Shown one piece after another: positions 19,340 through 28,915 of a stretch of DNA of 64,000 bases. The DNA comes from Candidatus Fimenecus sp. Its GTDB lineage: Bacteria; Bacillota; Clostridia; Oscillospirales; Acutalibacteraceae. Every line of letters begins with the position of its first letter. Within the stretch, counting starts at the first letter, position 1. The notes below the pieces were generated by a model. The model was given only the letters and a program-made list of their open reading frames with translations. It made no database searches and was not told the origin of the DNA. A program made the translations under genes and the position numbers. Location of the stretch: the NCBI GenBank assembly GCA_045593555.1, contig JAZNWU010000027.1:8234-72233 (forward strand). Direction: 5' to 3'.

Positions 19340-20299
19340 TTGAAAATAGTTGTTCTTGATTCATATGCATTAAATCCCGGTGACCTTTCATGGGAATGGC
19401 TTGAAGCTATGGGGAATTGTGAAATACACCATCGTACTCCACAGGATAAAATTCTTGAAAGATGTGAGGGTGCAGACATTATTCTCACAAATAAAACTCC
19501 ATTAACAAAGGAAACCCTTTCACAACTTCCAAATCTTAAATATATTGCATTACTTTCAACAGGATACAACATTGTTGACTGGGAATATGCAAAGGAAATC
19601 GGTGTTCCTGTTTCAAATATACCTGCTTACTCAACAAATGCAGTTGCACAGCTTACATTTTCATTAATTCTTGAAATCACAAATGCTGTGGGATTACATA
19701 GCGAAAGTGTAAAAAGTGGAGAATGGACCTCTTGTCCTGATTTCTGTTATTGGAAAACTCCGTTGACGGAACTTTGTGGTAAGACTCTTGGAATTGTAGG
19801 GTTTGGTCAGATTGGTCAGGCAGTTGCTGATATTGCAGAAGCGTTCAGAATGAATGTAATTGCTGTTTCCGGACACGAAACAGACCAAAGCCACAGAAAA
19901 AACTTCCGTTGGGTCAGCTTGGACACACTTGCAGAAACAAGCGACATTATTTCATTCCATTGTCCTTTGACAGAAAAGACAACGGGACTTGTAAACAAAG
20001 ATTTTATAAATAAATGTAAAGATGGTGCAATAATTATAAACACAAGTCGTGGACCTGTCGTGAACGATAAAGACTTGGCAGATGCTTTAAACGACGGCAA
20101 GCTTCGTGGTGCAGGACTCGATGTTTTGACGGTTGAGCCACCAAAAGCAGATAACCCTCTGCTTACTGCGAAAAACTGTTTCATTACTCCACATATTGCT
20201 TGGGCAGGATTTGAAACAAGAGAAAGACTTATGAATATCCTTAAAGCAAACATTACAGCATATTTTAATGGCAAACCACAGAATGTGGTTAATAAATAA
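19340..20299 (+). CDS. D-isomer-specific 2-hydroxyacid (glycerate-type) dehydrogenase
   Basis: 319 aa from TTG 19340, with AAAGG upstream. KIVVLDSYALNPGD, NAD motif GIVGFGQIGQAV, HIAWA. The part of the tracked ORF upstream of 19340 is antisense run-on. Confidence 0.85.
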   Translation: MKIVVLDSYALNPGDLSWEWLEAMGNCEIHHRTPQDKILERCEGADIILTNKTPLTKETLSQLPNLKYIALLSTGYNIVDWEYAKEIGVPVSNIPAYSTNAVAQLTFSLILEITNAVGLHSESVKSGEWTSCPDFCYWKTPLTELCGKTLGIVGFGQIGQAVADIAEAFRMNVIAVSGHETDQSHRKNFRWVSLDTLAETSDIISFHCPLTEKTTGLVNKDFINKCKDGAIIINTSRGPVVNDKDLADALNDGKLRGAGLDVLTVEPPKADNPLLTAKNCFITPHIAWAGFETRERLMNILKANITAYFNGKPQNVVNK

Positions 20300-20304
20300 A
20301 ATTT

Positions 20305-20337
20305 AAAGGGAAAGGCATAAATATGTCTTTCCCTTTT
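20305..20337. terminator. Bidirectional terminator
   Basis: AAAGGGAAAG ... CTTTCCCTTT stem then TTTTG. Lies between convergent stops at 20299 (+) and 20366 (-). Confidence 0.6.
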
Positions 20338-20365
20338 GTATTCAAATTATAATTTGTCAAAATAT

Positions 20366-21748
20366 TTATACAATCATTTCCTGCATTTTTTGTTTTGCTC
20401 GTTTCATTGTTTTGCTTAAGAATATTGAGCTCATTATAAGCGATACGCATTCAGCTATCGGGAATGCAAACCAGACAAGTTCAAGCTTACCCGTCTGTGC
20501 CAACAACCAAGCAACAGGCAGAAGCACCACTAACTGACGACAAACTGAAACGATCAAGCTATGCATCGGTTTTCCTATTGCCTGACAAACCGAACCTGCA
20601 ATAATGCAAAAGCCTGCAAGCAAATAGTGTGTACCAATTATTCTTAATGCCGGAACACCGATTTCTAACATTCCTTCTGATGCATTAAAGAAAGATAACA
20701 AAACATGAGGGATTAGCTCAAAAGCCATAAATCCAATAAACATAATTGAAATAGCCAAAACTATTGAAATAGTAATTGTTTTCTTAACACGGTCATACCT
20801 TCTTGCACCATAGTTATATGCAATAATCGGTACCATACCATTATTCAAACCAAAAATCGGCATAAAGACAAAACTTTGAAGTTTAAAATAACTGCCAAAT
20901 ACTGCTGTTGCTGTTGTTGTAAATGCAATAAGAATTTTATTCATTGTGAAAGTCATTATAGAACCAATTGACTGCATTATTATTGACGGCAAACCGATTT
21001 TGTAAATTTCCTTGGCAATAGCCTTATCCCAACGAATCAGTCTTGTTGTAATATAAATTTCCTTGTTGCACTTTATATTAAACGCTATTGCAACAAGTGC
21101 TGCTACAATCTGTCCTGCAACTGTTGCTATTGCAGCACCAAGAACTTCTAATTTTGGCATACCCAAAAGACCAAATATAAGAACAGGGTCAAGGATAATA
21201 TTTATAACTGCACCTATTAACTGAGCAATCATTGAATGTGTTGTTTTTCCTGTTGACTGTAAAAGCTTTTCAAAACAAAACTGACTACAGACACCAATCG
21301 AACACCCTAGACAAACCGATGCATAATCTGTTCCGTAATCTACAATCTGCTCAACATCTGTCTGTGCTAAGAAAAATGGTCGTGAAAGGAATATACCTAT
21401 CAAAGTAAATACAACAGAACTACAAAGGAACAGAAACACGCCTGTGTTTGCAATCTTATTTGCTTTTTCAAACTGCTTTGCACCTAACGAACGGGAAAGC
21501 ATAGCGTTCATACCTACTGCTGTACCACCACAAACAGCAATCATAAGCTGTTGCAACGGAAATGCAAGTGATACTGCATTGAGAGCCTCTTCACCTAATT
21601 GTGATACAAAAACACTATCAACAACATTATAGAATGCCTGAACAAGCATTGATATCATCATAGGTGTTGCCATAGATGCCAAAAGTCTACCTATGGGCAT
21701 TGTACCCATTTTATTTTCTTGTGGTGGAATATTTTTTGTTTCTGCCAT
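20366..21748 (-). CDS. MATE-family efflux transporter
   Basis: 460 aa, 12-TM pattern, N-terminal ...PMMISMLVQAFYNVVDSVFV typical of MATE/NorM. Confidence 0.85.
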   Translation of the reverse strand: MAETKNIPPQENKMGTMPIGRLLASMATPMMISMLVQAFYNVVDSVFVSQLGEEALNAVSLAFPLQQLMIAVCGGTAVGMNAMLSRSLGAKQFEKANKIANTGVFLFLCSSVVFTLIGIFLSRPFFLAQTDVEQIVDYGTDYASVCLGCSIGVCSQFCFEKLLQSTGKTTHSMIAQLIGAVINIILDPVLIFGLLGMPKLEVLGAAIATVAGQIVAALVAIAFNIKCNKEIYITTRLIRWDKAIAKEIYKIGLPSIIMQSIGSIMTFTMNKILIAFTTTATAVFGSYFKLQSFVFMPIFGLNNGMVPIIAYNYGARRYDRVKKTITISIVLAISIMFIGFMAFELIPHVLLSFFNASEGMLEIGVPALRIIGTHYLLAGFCIIAGSVCQAIGKPMHSLIVSVCRQLVVLLPVAWLLAQTGKLELVWFAFPIAECVSLIMSSIFLSKTMKRAKQKMQEMIV

Positions 21749-21813
21749 TGTTTAAATCCTTTATATACACAAATTTTGCTCACAGACATAAGTCTGCGAG
21801 CATTTTTAATCTA

Positions 21814-23454
21814 TTAATTTTCTGTAACAGTACCCTTTTCAACCGTTATTGTCCTGTCACAATCTTCCAGCACCATTTCACGATGAGTAATGAAAACAAC
21901 TGTTATTTCATCATTTTCTTTCAGCTTTTTCATAACCATTCTTTCTGTCTCACTATCCAGAGCACTGGTAGCTTCATCCATAAGAAGAACTTTTCCTTTT
22001 CCAAGAAGTGCTCTTGCAATGGCAAGTCTTTGTGCTTGTCCTTGTGAAACACCTGCACCTGACTCACCAAGCACAAAATCAAGTCCGCCATCTAAATCGT
22101 AAGCAAACTCTGCTGCTGAATTCTCCAATGCTTTTCTAATTTCATAATCTGTGGCATCAGGGTTTAGAATTGTAATATTTTCTTTGACCGTTCCGCTGAA
22201 AAGCATATTATCCTGTGGAACAAAAGAAAATAATCGTTTTGTATATATACAATCTATGTCACCTTTTATTGTTTCAACAACTGCACGTCCGCTATCCAGT
22301 GGATAAAGACCTGTGATAAGTTTGAATATCGTGCTCTTTCCTGCACCTGATGGCCCTTTTATACCTATGAACTCACCTTTATTTATTGTAAAAGTTGCAT
22401 CACTGATGACTTTTTCTTCTCTGTAACCGAATGTTGCATTTTCCACACGAATTTTTATAAATTCATCATAATTCATTTCAGGATATTCAGTCTTTTCTTC
22501 TTTTGAACCTGAAATTTCGACAAGTCTTTGTGCAGAGGCAATCATCCCATAAAAAGCAGGAATAATACCTGTAACGCTAACAGCAGGAGTACGAAGCTGA
22601 TTAACAAGTTGTATAATTGCAATAACTGAACCAAATGTCATAGTTCCGTTGAGCACACCATATGAGCCATAAGCTACTGCAATTAAAAAGCCAATCGCAA
22701 AAGCAAGGGAAAATGCAATGCCTGCAAGAATTGAAAAACTTTTCTTTTTAACTTTTTCACGGTAAAAGCTCTTTTGCTGTTTTAATGACATATTTATAAT
22801 TTTTTCTTCTATGCCAAAAACCTTTACTGCAAAAAGATTTTCAAGCATTTCCTGCATAAAAGAACGAACCTTCGAGTCCTTTTCTCGAACCTTTCTATGC
22901 AAATCCTTAATATATCTTCTTGATATTCCAACAACAAAAGGCACGAGCACACTACAAACAAGAATCATTATAAAGAATCTTTTATCAAGAGCGTATAAAG
23001 CAATTATTGCTGTACCTAATCTTAATAAATTTGAAACTGCATTTGGCAGGATATGTACATACTGTTCACTTACAAGTAACACATCAGATGTCAATCGTGA
23101 CATTAGGTCACCACTGTGTCTTTCAACAGATTCCGCATACTCGCCATGAATAAGTCTTGAAAAAACCTTTGATTTAAGACTTATTTCTGCTTTACCCTGA
23201 CTTATTGCTTCAATAAATGAAGAAACAATTCTTGAAAGTAACTGTATAAGAATCAAACTCAAAAGTATAACAACATTTTTAAGTAATTCTTCCTTTTCAC
23301 CATTTTGTGCACAGTCCATTACCGTTTTTGAAACTATTGCAAATGCAGTTGTGCACACAGCAGCCAAGGCGTTAAGCACAACAAGTGCCACACCTTCTTT
23401 ATTGCGTTTACCGCAATTTATATATATCCACTTTAAAACAGATATATCCTTCAT
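21814..23454 (-). CDS. ABC exporter, fused permease plus ATPase (half transporter, no C39 protease domain)
   Basis: 546 aa. TM domain then Walker A GPSGAGKST, signature VSQGQAQR, Walker B VLLMDEATSALD. Confidence 0.85.
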   Translation of the reverse strand: MKDISVLKWIYINCGKRNKEGVALVVLNALAAVCTTAFAIVSKTVMDCAQNGEKEELLKNVVILLSLILIQLLSRIVSSFIEAISQGKAEISLKSKVFSRLIHGEYAESVERHSGDLMSRLTSDVLLVSEQYVHILPNAVSNLLRLGTAIIALYALDKRFFIMILVCSVLVPFVVGISRRYIKDLHRKVREKDSKVRSFMQEMLENLFAVKVFGIEEKIINMSLKQQKSFYREKVKKKSFSILAGIAFSLAFAIGFLIAVAYGSYGVLNGTMTFGSVIAIIQLVNQLRTPAVSVTGIIPAFYGMIASAQRLVEISGSKEEKTEYPEMNYDEFIKIRVENATFGYREEKVISDATFTINKGEFIGIKGPSGAGKSTIFKLITGLYPLDSGRAVVETIKGDIDCIYTKRLFSFVPQDNMLFSGTVKENITILNPDATDYEIRKALENSAAEFAYDLDGGLDFVLGESGAGVSQGQAQRLAIARALLGKGKVLLMDEATSALDSETERMVMKKLKENDEITVVFITHREMVLEDCDRTITVEKGTVTEN

Positions 23455-23468
23455 GGAAACTTCCTCTT

Positions 23469-23735
23469 TTAATCCTCAATAAGTCCTTGTTCTCTCATTT
23501 TTTCAACAAGTTTATTAACATCTGCTTCAACTGTTTCATAAGGAGTATCATAGTCTTTTGCAATTTTATGTGCAATTTCTTCTACTGAATTTGTACCATC
23601 AAGCATATTGAAAACTTCTGCACCAATCTCATTAAAAGTAATAATACCTTTTAAATCGTTCTGTCTTTCGCCGATAGGAAGTACAACCTTACTTCCTGCA
23701 ACATCTTTCATTATAAAACCATCTTTAATCTTCAT
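23469..23735 (-). CDS. PqqD-family protein (RiPP recognition element type)
   Basis: 88 aa. KDGFIMKDVAGSKVVLPIG then FNEIGAEVFNMLDGTNSVEEIAHKIAKDYDTPYETVEADVNKLVEKMREQGLI, the classic PqqD pattern. 11-nt overlap with the upstream kinase-like gene. Confidence 0.75.
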   Translation of the reverse strand: MKIKDGFIMKDVAGSKVVLPIGERQNDLKGIITFNEIGAEVFNMLDGTNSVEEIAHKIAKDYDTPYETVEADVNKLVEKMREQGLIED

Positions 23736-24444
23736 TTTTTATCAACCTTTCTATACCACTGTATGATACTAAAGCCGCATCATCATCCATATTACATTCC
23801 AAAAAAAACACAGGAACACTTCTTAAAACAGAATCAACCGACTCTAACAATTTAAATGCTCGGTCTTCATGTTTAGACCTTATTGTCTGTCCAAACAAGA
23901 GCTTGATTGCTTCATTAACGGGAAGTTTTTCTATTCTATTCTCAATGCCTCTTTTTATAAATGTAATAGCCCTGATAGGAACTTTTGCATTGACATTTTC
24001 ATCTGTTTTCCCTGAAAACGGTGTCCCACAAGCATACCATACATCTTTCTCTTTTATCAATACAGGTTTGTCATCATTAATAATTCTTGTCCCAGGCAGG
24101 TTCTTGAGCCACAAATGTGTATGTGTGGACTTTCCAGTACCGCTATCTGCTGAAAAAAGATAAGCAAAACCATCCTTTTCAACACAAGATGAATGTAGCA
24201 TTATACCACCAAAATCCATCAAATTGGCATTAAAGAATTGTCCGGTCCACAGATATTCCTGTTGTTCAACTGATAATCGTGGCATTTCTTCCATCTTTGT
24301 TTTTAAAAAGTCATCAGTTAATTCAATTTTTATGTCAGTTTCTGAACTATCAAAATCTGCCACATAATCTTTTGCTCGTTCACGAAGAAAGTCATAACGA
24401 GGTTCGAATTCTGTTTTTAGTCCTGCGATTATATATTTTCCCAT
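23725..24444 (-). CDS. HPr-kinase-like P-loop protein (HprK-related kinase)
   Basis: 239 aa. LFSADSGTGKSTHTHLWL followed by RIINDDKPVL mirrors the GxSGxGKS...ADD core of the HPr kinase C-terminal domain. Confidence 0.6.
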   Translation of the reverse strand: MGKYIIAGLKTEFEPRYDFLRERAKDYVADFDSSETDIKIELTDDFLKTKMEEMPRLSVEQQEYLWTGQFFNANLMDFGGIMLHSSCVEKDGFAYLFSADSGTGKSTHTHLWLKNLPGTRIINDDKPVLIKEKDVWYACGTPFSGKTDENVNAKVPIRAITFIKRGIENRIEKLPVNEAIKLLFGQTIRSKHEDRAFKLLESVDSVLRSVPVFFLECNMDDDAALVSYSGIERLIKNED

Positions 24445-24462
24445 TTTTAAACCTGCCTTAAA

Positions 24463-26169
24463 TTATAAATATAATGCCGGGTTAACATTTTTTCCGTTTA
24501 CTTTCACTTCAAAATGAAGGTGAGGACCCGTAACATATCCCGTCGCACCAATATTTCCTATTGCTTGTCCTCGAGAAACTCTTTGACCTGAACGAACCTT
24601 AATAGTATTCTGCATATGACAGTACATTGTAGAAAGTCCTTTTCCGTGGTCAATGATTACTGTATATCCACCTGAACCATACCATCCTGCAAAAGTTACT
24701 GTTCCTGATTCTGCTGCAACAACAGTACACCCTAAGCTGCCACCGGGACGAACAATATCAATACCAGCATGCCAACCATCACCAAAATTACGTTTTCCGT
24801 ATGGTGATGATATAGAAGTTGCACCGATTGCAGGCCATCTGAGTTTACCTTTTGATGAACTCGAAGAACTTGATGTGGTTTGATTTTTCTTTGTTCCAAC
24901 CTGAATTTTTTCACTGACAGCCTCTTTGATTGTCACTCTGGAAACTTCCTTTGATGAAACCTTTTCTCCACCAATATAAGTTACAAGTTCAGTTATTCGT
25001 TCAACACCGTTTTCACCTTTTGTAACTGTCTTCTTATCTCCTACATAAAGGTTACTTGTATTGATTGTTACTGTATCATAAGGAATCTCAACTTCTTTAT
25101 ATTCAGTTTTTGTTGTCTGAACGCTTATAAAACTTGTTGCCTCGGCTATGAGAATTTTCTGACCTGCACGGATTGTTTCCGTGAGTTCAGGATTGAGTCT
25201 GTAAAGTTGTGAACTGCTTATATCAAACTTTTGAACAATCCCTGAAATTGTATCGCCGTCTTTTATTGTATAATATTTATTCTCACTTGTGTTGGATTTA
25301 AGCTTTTTTTGCAAGTATTCTGCATCTTTAATTATTGTGTCACTGTCAAGATACAAACCCTGAACATAGTCTATATTTTCAACAAAGCTTACAACAACAT
25401 TTTCTTCGCCCGTTTCATGTTCTGCAAGAATAGAATCAAACACACTTAAAGCATCTGTTTCATTCTTTACAGCACATATAAATTTATCGTCAACATACAC
25501 TCCACAGGCGTTCGTAATTTTATTATCTGATTTTTCAATAAGATGGTCACAGATTTCAGACGCATCGTTTATCTGTCCACGTTTAACTAATTTTATATTA
25601 TATTCAGCCTCACCGATTAACTGAGATTCTTCTTTATCTTCTTTTGAGAGACCCACCGAAGCAGTATTTATATCCAGTCGTTCATAAGCCATGTCTCTTG
25701 CCTCTTTATAAACAGCTTCGTCCTGAACATAACCTATAACTTCATCATTATAATTTATCTCAAGAGCAAAAGCAGCTTCATTCCAGAAACTGATGACATT
25801 AACTAATACAGCCAAGGAAACAACCGGAAGAATAAAATTTAAAACATACACAAAAGCAGCCTTGTATCGACGAAGTGCAACACCTGTATAATGAATATAA
25901 TATTTTAAATTCTTCTTTTTATTTTCAGCTGTCTTTTTTGAAACCGATTTCGCCTCTTTTGAAAGATTTTTCAACTCCTGGATTCTTTTATGGAAGGTCT
26001 TAAGAGCATGTTTATCAATAACAATAAAAATTGTAAAAATCAGTGTGCCAATCGCTTTAACCGGTTTCAGAAGTAACGATAAAAGCCACCTGAAAAATCG
26101 TTTACCGTAACGAAGAGTCTGAATTCCGATAAAGTATATCTGTCTGTATAGAAAATCAAATATTTCCAC
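24463..26169 (-). CDS. Membrane-anchored M23 peptidoglycan hydrolase with LysM and G5-like modules
   Basis: 568 aa from GTG 26169. N-terminal TM segments, LysM (YTIKDGDTISGIVQKFDISSSQLYRLNP), G5-like VTKGENGVERITELVTYIGGEKVS, poly-Ser linker, M23 motifs HAGIDI and GPHLHFEV. Confidence 0.85.
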   Translation of the reverse strand: MEIFDFLYRQIYFIGIQTLRYGKRFFRWLLSLLLKPVKAIGTLIFTIFIVIDKHALKTFHKRIQELKNLSKEAKSVSKKTAENKKKNLKYYIHYTGVALRRYKAAFVYVLNFILPVVSLAVLVNVISFWNEAAFALEINYNDEVIGYVQDEAVYKEARDMAYERLDINTASVGLSKEDKEESQLIGEAEYNIKLVKRGQINDASEICDHLIEKSDNKITNACGVYVDDKFICAVKNETDALSVFDSILAEHETGEENVVVSFVENIDYVQGLYLDSDTIIKDAEYLQKKLKSNTSENKYYTIKDGDTISGIVQKFDISSSQLYRLNPELTETIRAGQKILIAEATSFISVQTTKTEYKEVEIPYDTVTINTSNLYVGDKKTVTKGENGVERITELVTYIGGEKVSSKEVSRVTIKEAVSEKIQVGTKKNQTTSSSSSSSKGKLRWPAIGATSISSPYGKRNFGDGWHAGIDIVRPGGSLGCTVVAAESGTVTFAGWYGSGGYTVIIDHGKGLSTMYCHMQNTIKVRSGQRVSRGQAIGNIGATGYVTGPHLHFEVKVNGKNVNPALYL

Positions 26170-26234
26170 GGGACTTTTTTCGCTCCTTTCCGAAAAATCG
26201 CAGAATTACTCATAATAATCCAATATATAGTTGA

Positions 26235-26263
26235 ATTATATCATAAAACTAAAAAAAACGCAA
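26235..26263 (-). promoter_or_regulatory. SigmaA-type promoter candidate for the M23/kinase/PqqD/ABC operon
   Basis: Minus strand reads TTGCGT, 17 nt, TATAAT, about 65 nt upstream of GTG 26169. Confidence 0.4.
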
Positions 26264-26390
26264 GTAATCCGCATACCCTTAAAACTTTGATTTCACCAAT
26301 ATTTTTTAAAAATATACAGTTTACTTTTTTTGTATTATATTGTATAATATTTTTGATTATACTCACTGGAAAGAGAAAGGTGATTTCGTA

Positions 26391-27254
26391 ATGAAAGATA
26401 ATAAAAAAACATTGAAAAAATTAAGTTTTGCAATAGGTGTTCCGGCAACAGTTGCTTTTGCTTTAAGAACAGCATATAAACTTATCCGTTATGGCGATAA
26501 ACCTGCTAAAGAAACTGTTCCTGTTGCAACTGCTACAGAAAAGGATTTATCCGGTGTTCACTTTACTGCACACAGAGGCCTTTCTTCAATTGTACCCGAA
26601 AACACAATTGAAGCTTTCCGTGAAGCTGCAAAATACAACTATTACGCTCTTGAATGTGATGTTCATTGTACAACAGATGGTAAATGGGTAATTATTCATG
26701 ACTGTATGCTTCAGTCAATGGCAAAAGAAAAAGGCGACGTTAAGACCATGTCTTATGAAGACCTTAAAAAAGTAAAATTCACAAACGGTGCAAACATTGA
26801 AAATTATCCCGATGCAGGTATTTGTCTTGTTGAGGATTATATCGAAGTTTGTAAAGAAGCAAACATTAAGCCTATGATTGAAGTTAAAGACAGACGAGTT
26901 GACAAGGTTAAGAGTCTTCTTGATATCATTCGTGCTTACGATATTGAAGATGATGTTATTCTTATTTCTTTCCATGCATCAATTCTCCGTGAGTTTAAAA
27001 GACTTTCACCAAATATGACTCTTTGGTTGCTTGTGCACGGAATCAAAGAGGATAAACTCCACGAATGTATTGAAAATGGTTTCGGTGTTGCTTTTGAAGC
27101 AAAAAAAGCACTCAAAGACCTTGACGCAATTCAGAACATTCATAACAATCAGCTTACAGCTGCTTGCTGGACAGTTGATACACCTGAGTTGCTTAACATA
27201 ATGCTTGAACGTGGTGTTAAATACATAACAACAAACGCAATCCTTCCTGAATAA
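26391..27254 (+). CDS. Membrane-anchored glycerophosphodiester phosphodiesterase
   Basis: 287 aa from ATG 26391 (GAAAGG RBS). N-terminal TM, FTAHRGLSSIVPENT and ECDVH motifs of the GlpQ/UgpQ family. Confidence 0.85.
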   Translation: MKDNKKTLKKLSFAIGVPATVAFALRTAYKLIRYGDKPAKETVPVATATEKDLSGVHFTAHRGLSSIVPENTIEAFREAAKYNYYALECDVHCTTDGKWVIIHDCMLQSMAKEKGDVKTMSYEDLKKVKFTNGANIENYPDAGICLVEDYIEVCKEANIKPMIEVKDRRVDKVKSLLDIIRAYDIEDDVILISFHASILREFKRLSPNMTLWLLVHGIKEDKLHECIENGFGVAFEAKKALKDLDAIQNIHNNQLTAACWTVDTPELLNIMLERGVKYITTNAILPE

Positions 27255-27266
27255 GAGGTTAAACAC

Positions 27267-28913
27267 ATGACAGACTGCAAAAAAATTGCTGAACTTATTT
27301 TTACAGATGTGGACAAGTCCACAGAATATTATGAAGAGCTTTACCCTGCAAGAAATCTTTCTGAAGGTGCAAGAGTAACAAGATTTGCTCCAAGTCCAAC
27401 GGGATATCTCCATTTCGGTGGTCTTTATGCAGGTTTTGCGTCAAAGCTTACTGCTGACACAACCGGTGGCGTATTTATGCTCCGTATTGAAGATACTGAC
27501 AAAAAACGTGAGGTTGAAGATGGTGTTACAGGTATTGTAGCAGGTCTTGAAGCTTTTGGTGTTGCTCCTGATGAAGGTGTTGTTGGTTTCGGTACAGAAA
27601 AAGGTAGCTATGGCCCATACACACAGAGTCAGCGTAGAGATATTTATCGTACTTTTGCAAAGAAGCTTATGGAAGAAGGCAAAGCTTATCCTTGTTTTTG
27701 CACTCCTGAAGACCTTGATGAAATCAGAGCAAAGCAGGAAAATGAAGATATCAAGGGTTACTATGGCTCTTACGCAAAATGTCGTGACCTTTCAGACTAT
27801 GAAATTATTGAAAAAGTTAACAATGGCGTTCCTTTTACTGTTCGTCTTCGCTCAACAGGTGATATTTCAAGAAAAATCAAGTTTGAAGATATGATTAAGG
27901 GCAAAATTGAAATGAGTGAAAATGTGAATGACGTTGTTATTTTAAAGGCGGACGGAATTCCGACTTACCATTTTGCTCATGCAGTAGATGACCATCTTAT
28001 GCGTACAACTCACGTTGTCCGTGGTGATGAATGGATTGCATCCGTACCTACTCATATAGAACTTTTCAGAGCTCTTGGAAACAAACCTCTTAAATACGCT
28101 CATATCGCTCCTATTATGAAAGAGGAAAATGGTGGTAAGCGTAAGCTTTCAAAGAGAAAAGACCCTGAGGCAAATGTTTCATATTACATTGAAAAGGGTT
28201 ATCCTGAAGCATCTGTTAAGGAATATATGCTTACAATTCTCAACTCAAATTTCGAGGAATGGAGAAAAGCAAACAAAACAGAAGACATCAGCAAATTCCC
28301 ATTTAATCTTAAGAAAATGAGCGTTTCAGGTGCACTTTTTGATATGGTCAAATTCAATGATGTATCAAAAAATGTAATTTCTGTTATGACAGCCCCACAA
28401 GTGTATAACCTTGTTACTGTCTGGGCAAAAGATTACAATAAGGTACTTTATAATCTTTTTGTTGATAATAAAGAAAAAGCAACTGCTATTCTCAATATTG
28501 ACAGAGAAAATCCAAAACCAAGAAAAGATATTGCATGTTGGGAAGAAGTTCAGAATTATGTTTCATACTTCTACAACGAACTTTACGATGCAGATTATAC
28601 TCTTCCTGAACACATCAAGAAGGAAGATGCAATAGAAATTCTTACAAAATATAAGGAAGTTTATTCTGCAGACGACAGCAAAGAAGAATGGTTCAATAAA
28701 ATCAAAGAACTTTGCACAGCCTGTGGATACACTCCAAATGTTAAGGAATACAAACAGAATCCAGATGTCTTTAAAGGTCATGTGGGTGATGTTTCAACAG
28801 TTATCCGTATAGCAATTACTTCTCGTACTAATACTCCTGATTTGTATTTCATAATGCAAATTCTCGGTAAAGATGAAGTTATGAGAAGAATAGACAATAT
28901 GATAGAAGGTTAA
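27267..28913 (+). CDS. gltX: Glutamyl-tRNA synthetase (long form)
   Basis: 548 aa. [14 protein letters not shown] (HIGH) and KLSKRK (KMSKS). Confidence 0.9.
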   Translation: MTDCKKIAELIFTDVDKSTEYYEELYPARNLSEGARVTRFAPSPTGYLHFGGLYAGFASKLTADTTGGVFMLRIEDTDKKREVEDGVTGIVAGLEAFGVAPDEGVVGFGTEKGSYGPYTQSQRRDIYRTFAKKLMEEGKAYPCFCTPEDLDEIRAKQENEDIKGYYGSYAKCRDLSDYEIIEKVNNGVPFTVRLRSTGDISRKIKFEDMIKGKIEMSENVNDVVILKADGIPTYHFAHAVDDHLMRTTHVVRGDEWIASVPTHIELFRALGNKPLKYAHIAPIMKEENGGKRKLSKRKDPEANVSYYIEKGYPEASVKEYMLTILNSNFEEWRKANKTEDISKFPFNLKKMSVSGALFDMVKFNDVSKNVISVMTAPQVYNLVTVWAKDYNKVLYNLFVDNKEKATAILNIDRENPKPRKDIACWEEVQNYVSYFYNELYDADYTLPEHIKKEDAIEILTKYKEVYSADDSKEEWFNKIKELCTACGYTPNVKEYKQNPDVFKGHVGDVSTVIRIAITSRTNTPDLYFIMQILGKDEVMRRIDNMIEG

Positions 28914-28915
28914 TT

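Noticed and set aside
21770-21795. Hairpin GCTCACAGAC-ATAA-GTCTGCGAGC after the ABC exporter gene, considered as its terminator
   Set aside because: The stem has a mismatch and the T-run is on the wrong (plus) strand. It may be only a weak pause site, so the downstream MATE gene could be co-transcribed. It was not listed as a feature.
26067-26213. 48-codon minus-strand ORF (MSNSAIFRKGAKKVPWKYLIFY...) overlapping the start of the M23 gene, considered as a possible RiPP precursor for the kinase/PqqD cassette
   Set aside because: It has no Shine-Dalgarno sequence upstream. It runs out of frame through the RBS and N-terminus of the M23 gene. Its composition looks like an alternative-frame artefact rather than a leader/core peptide.
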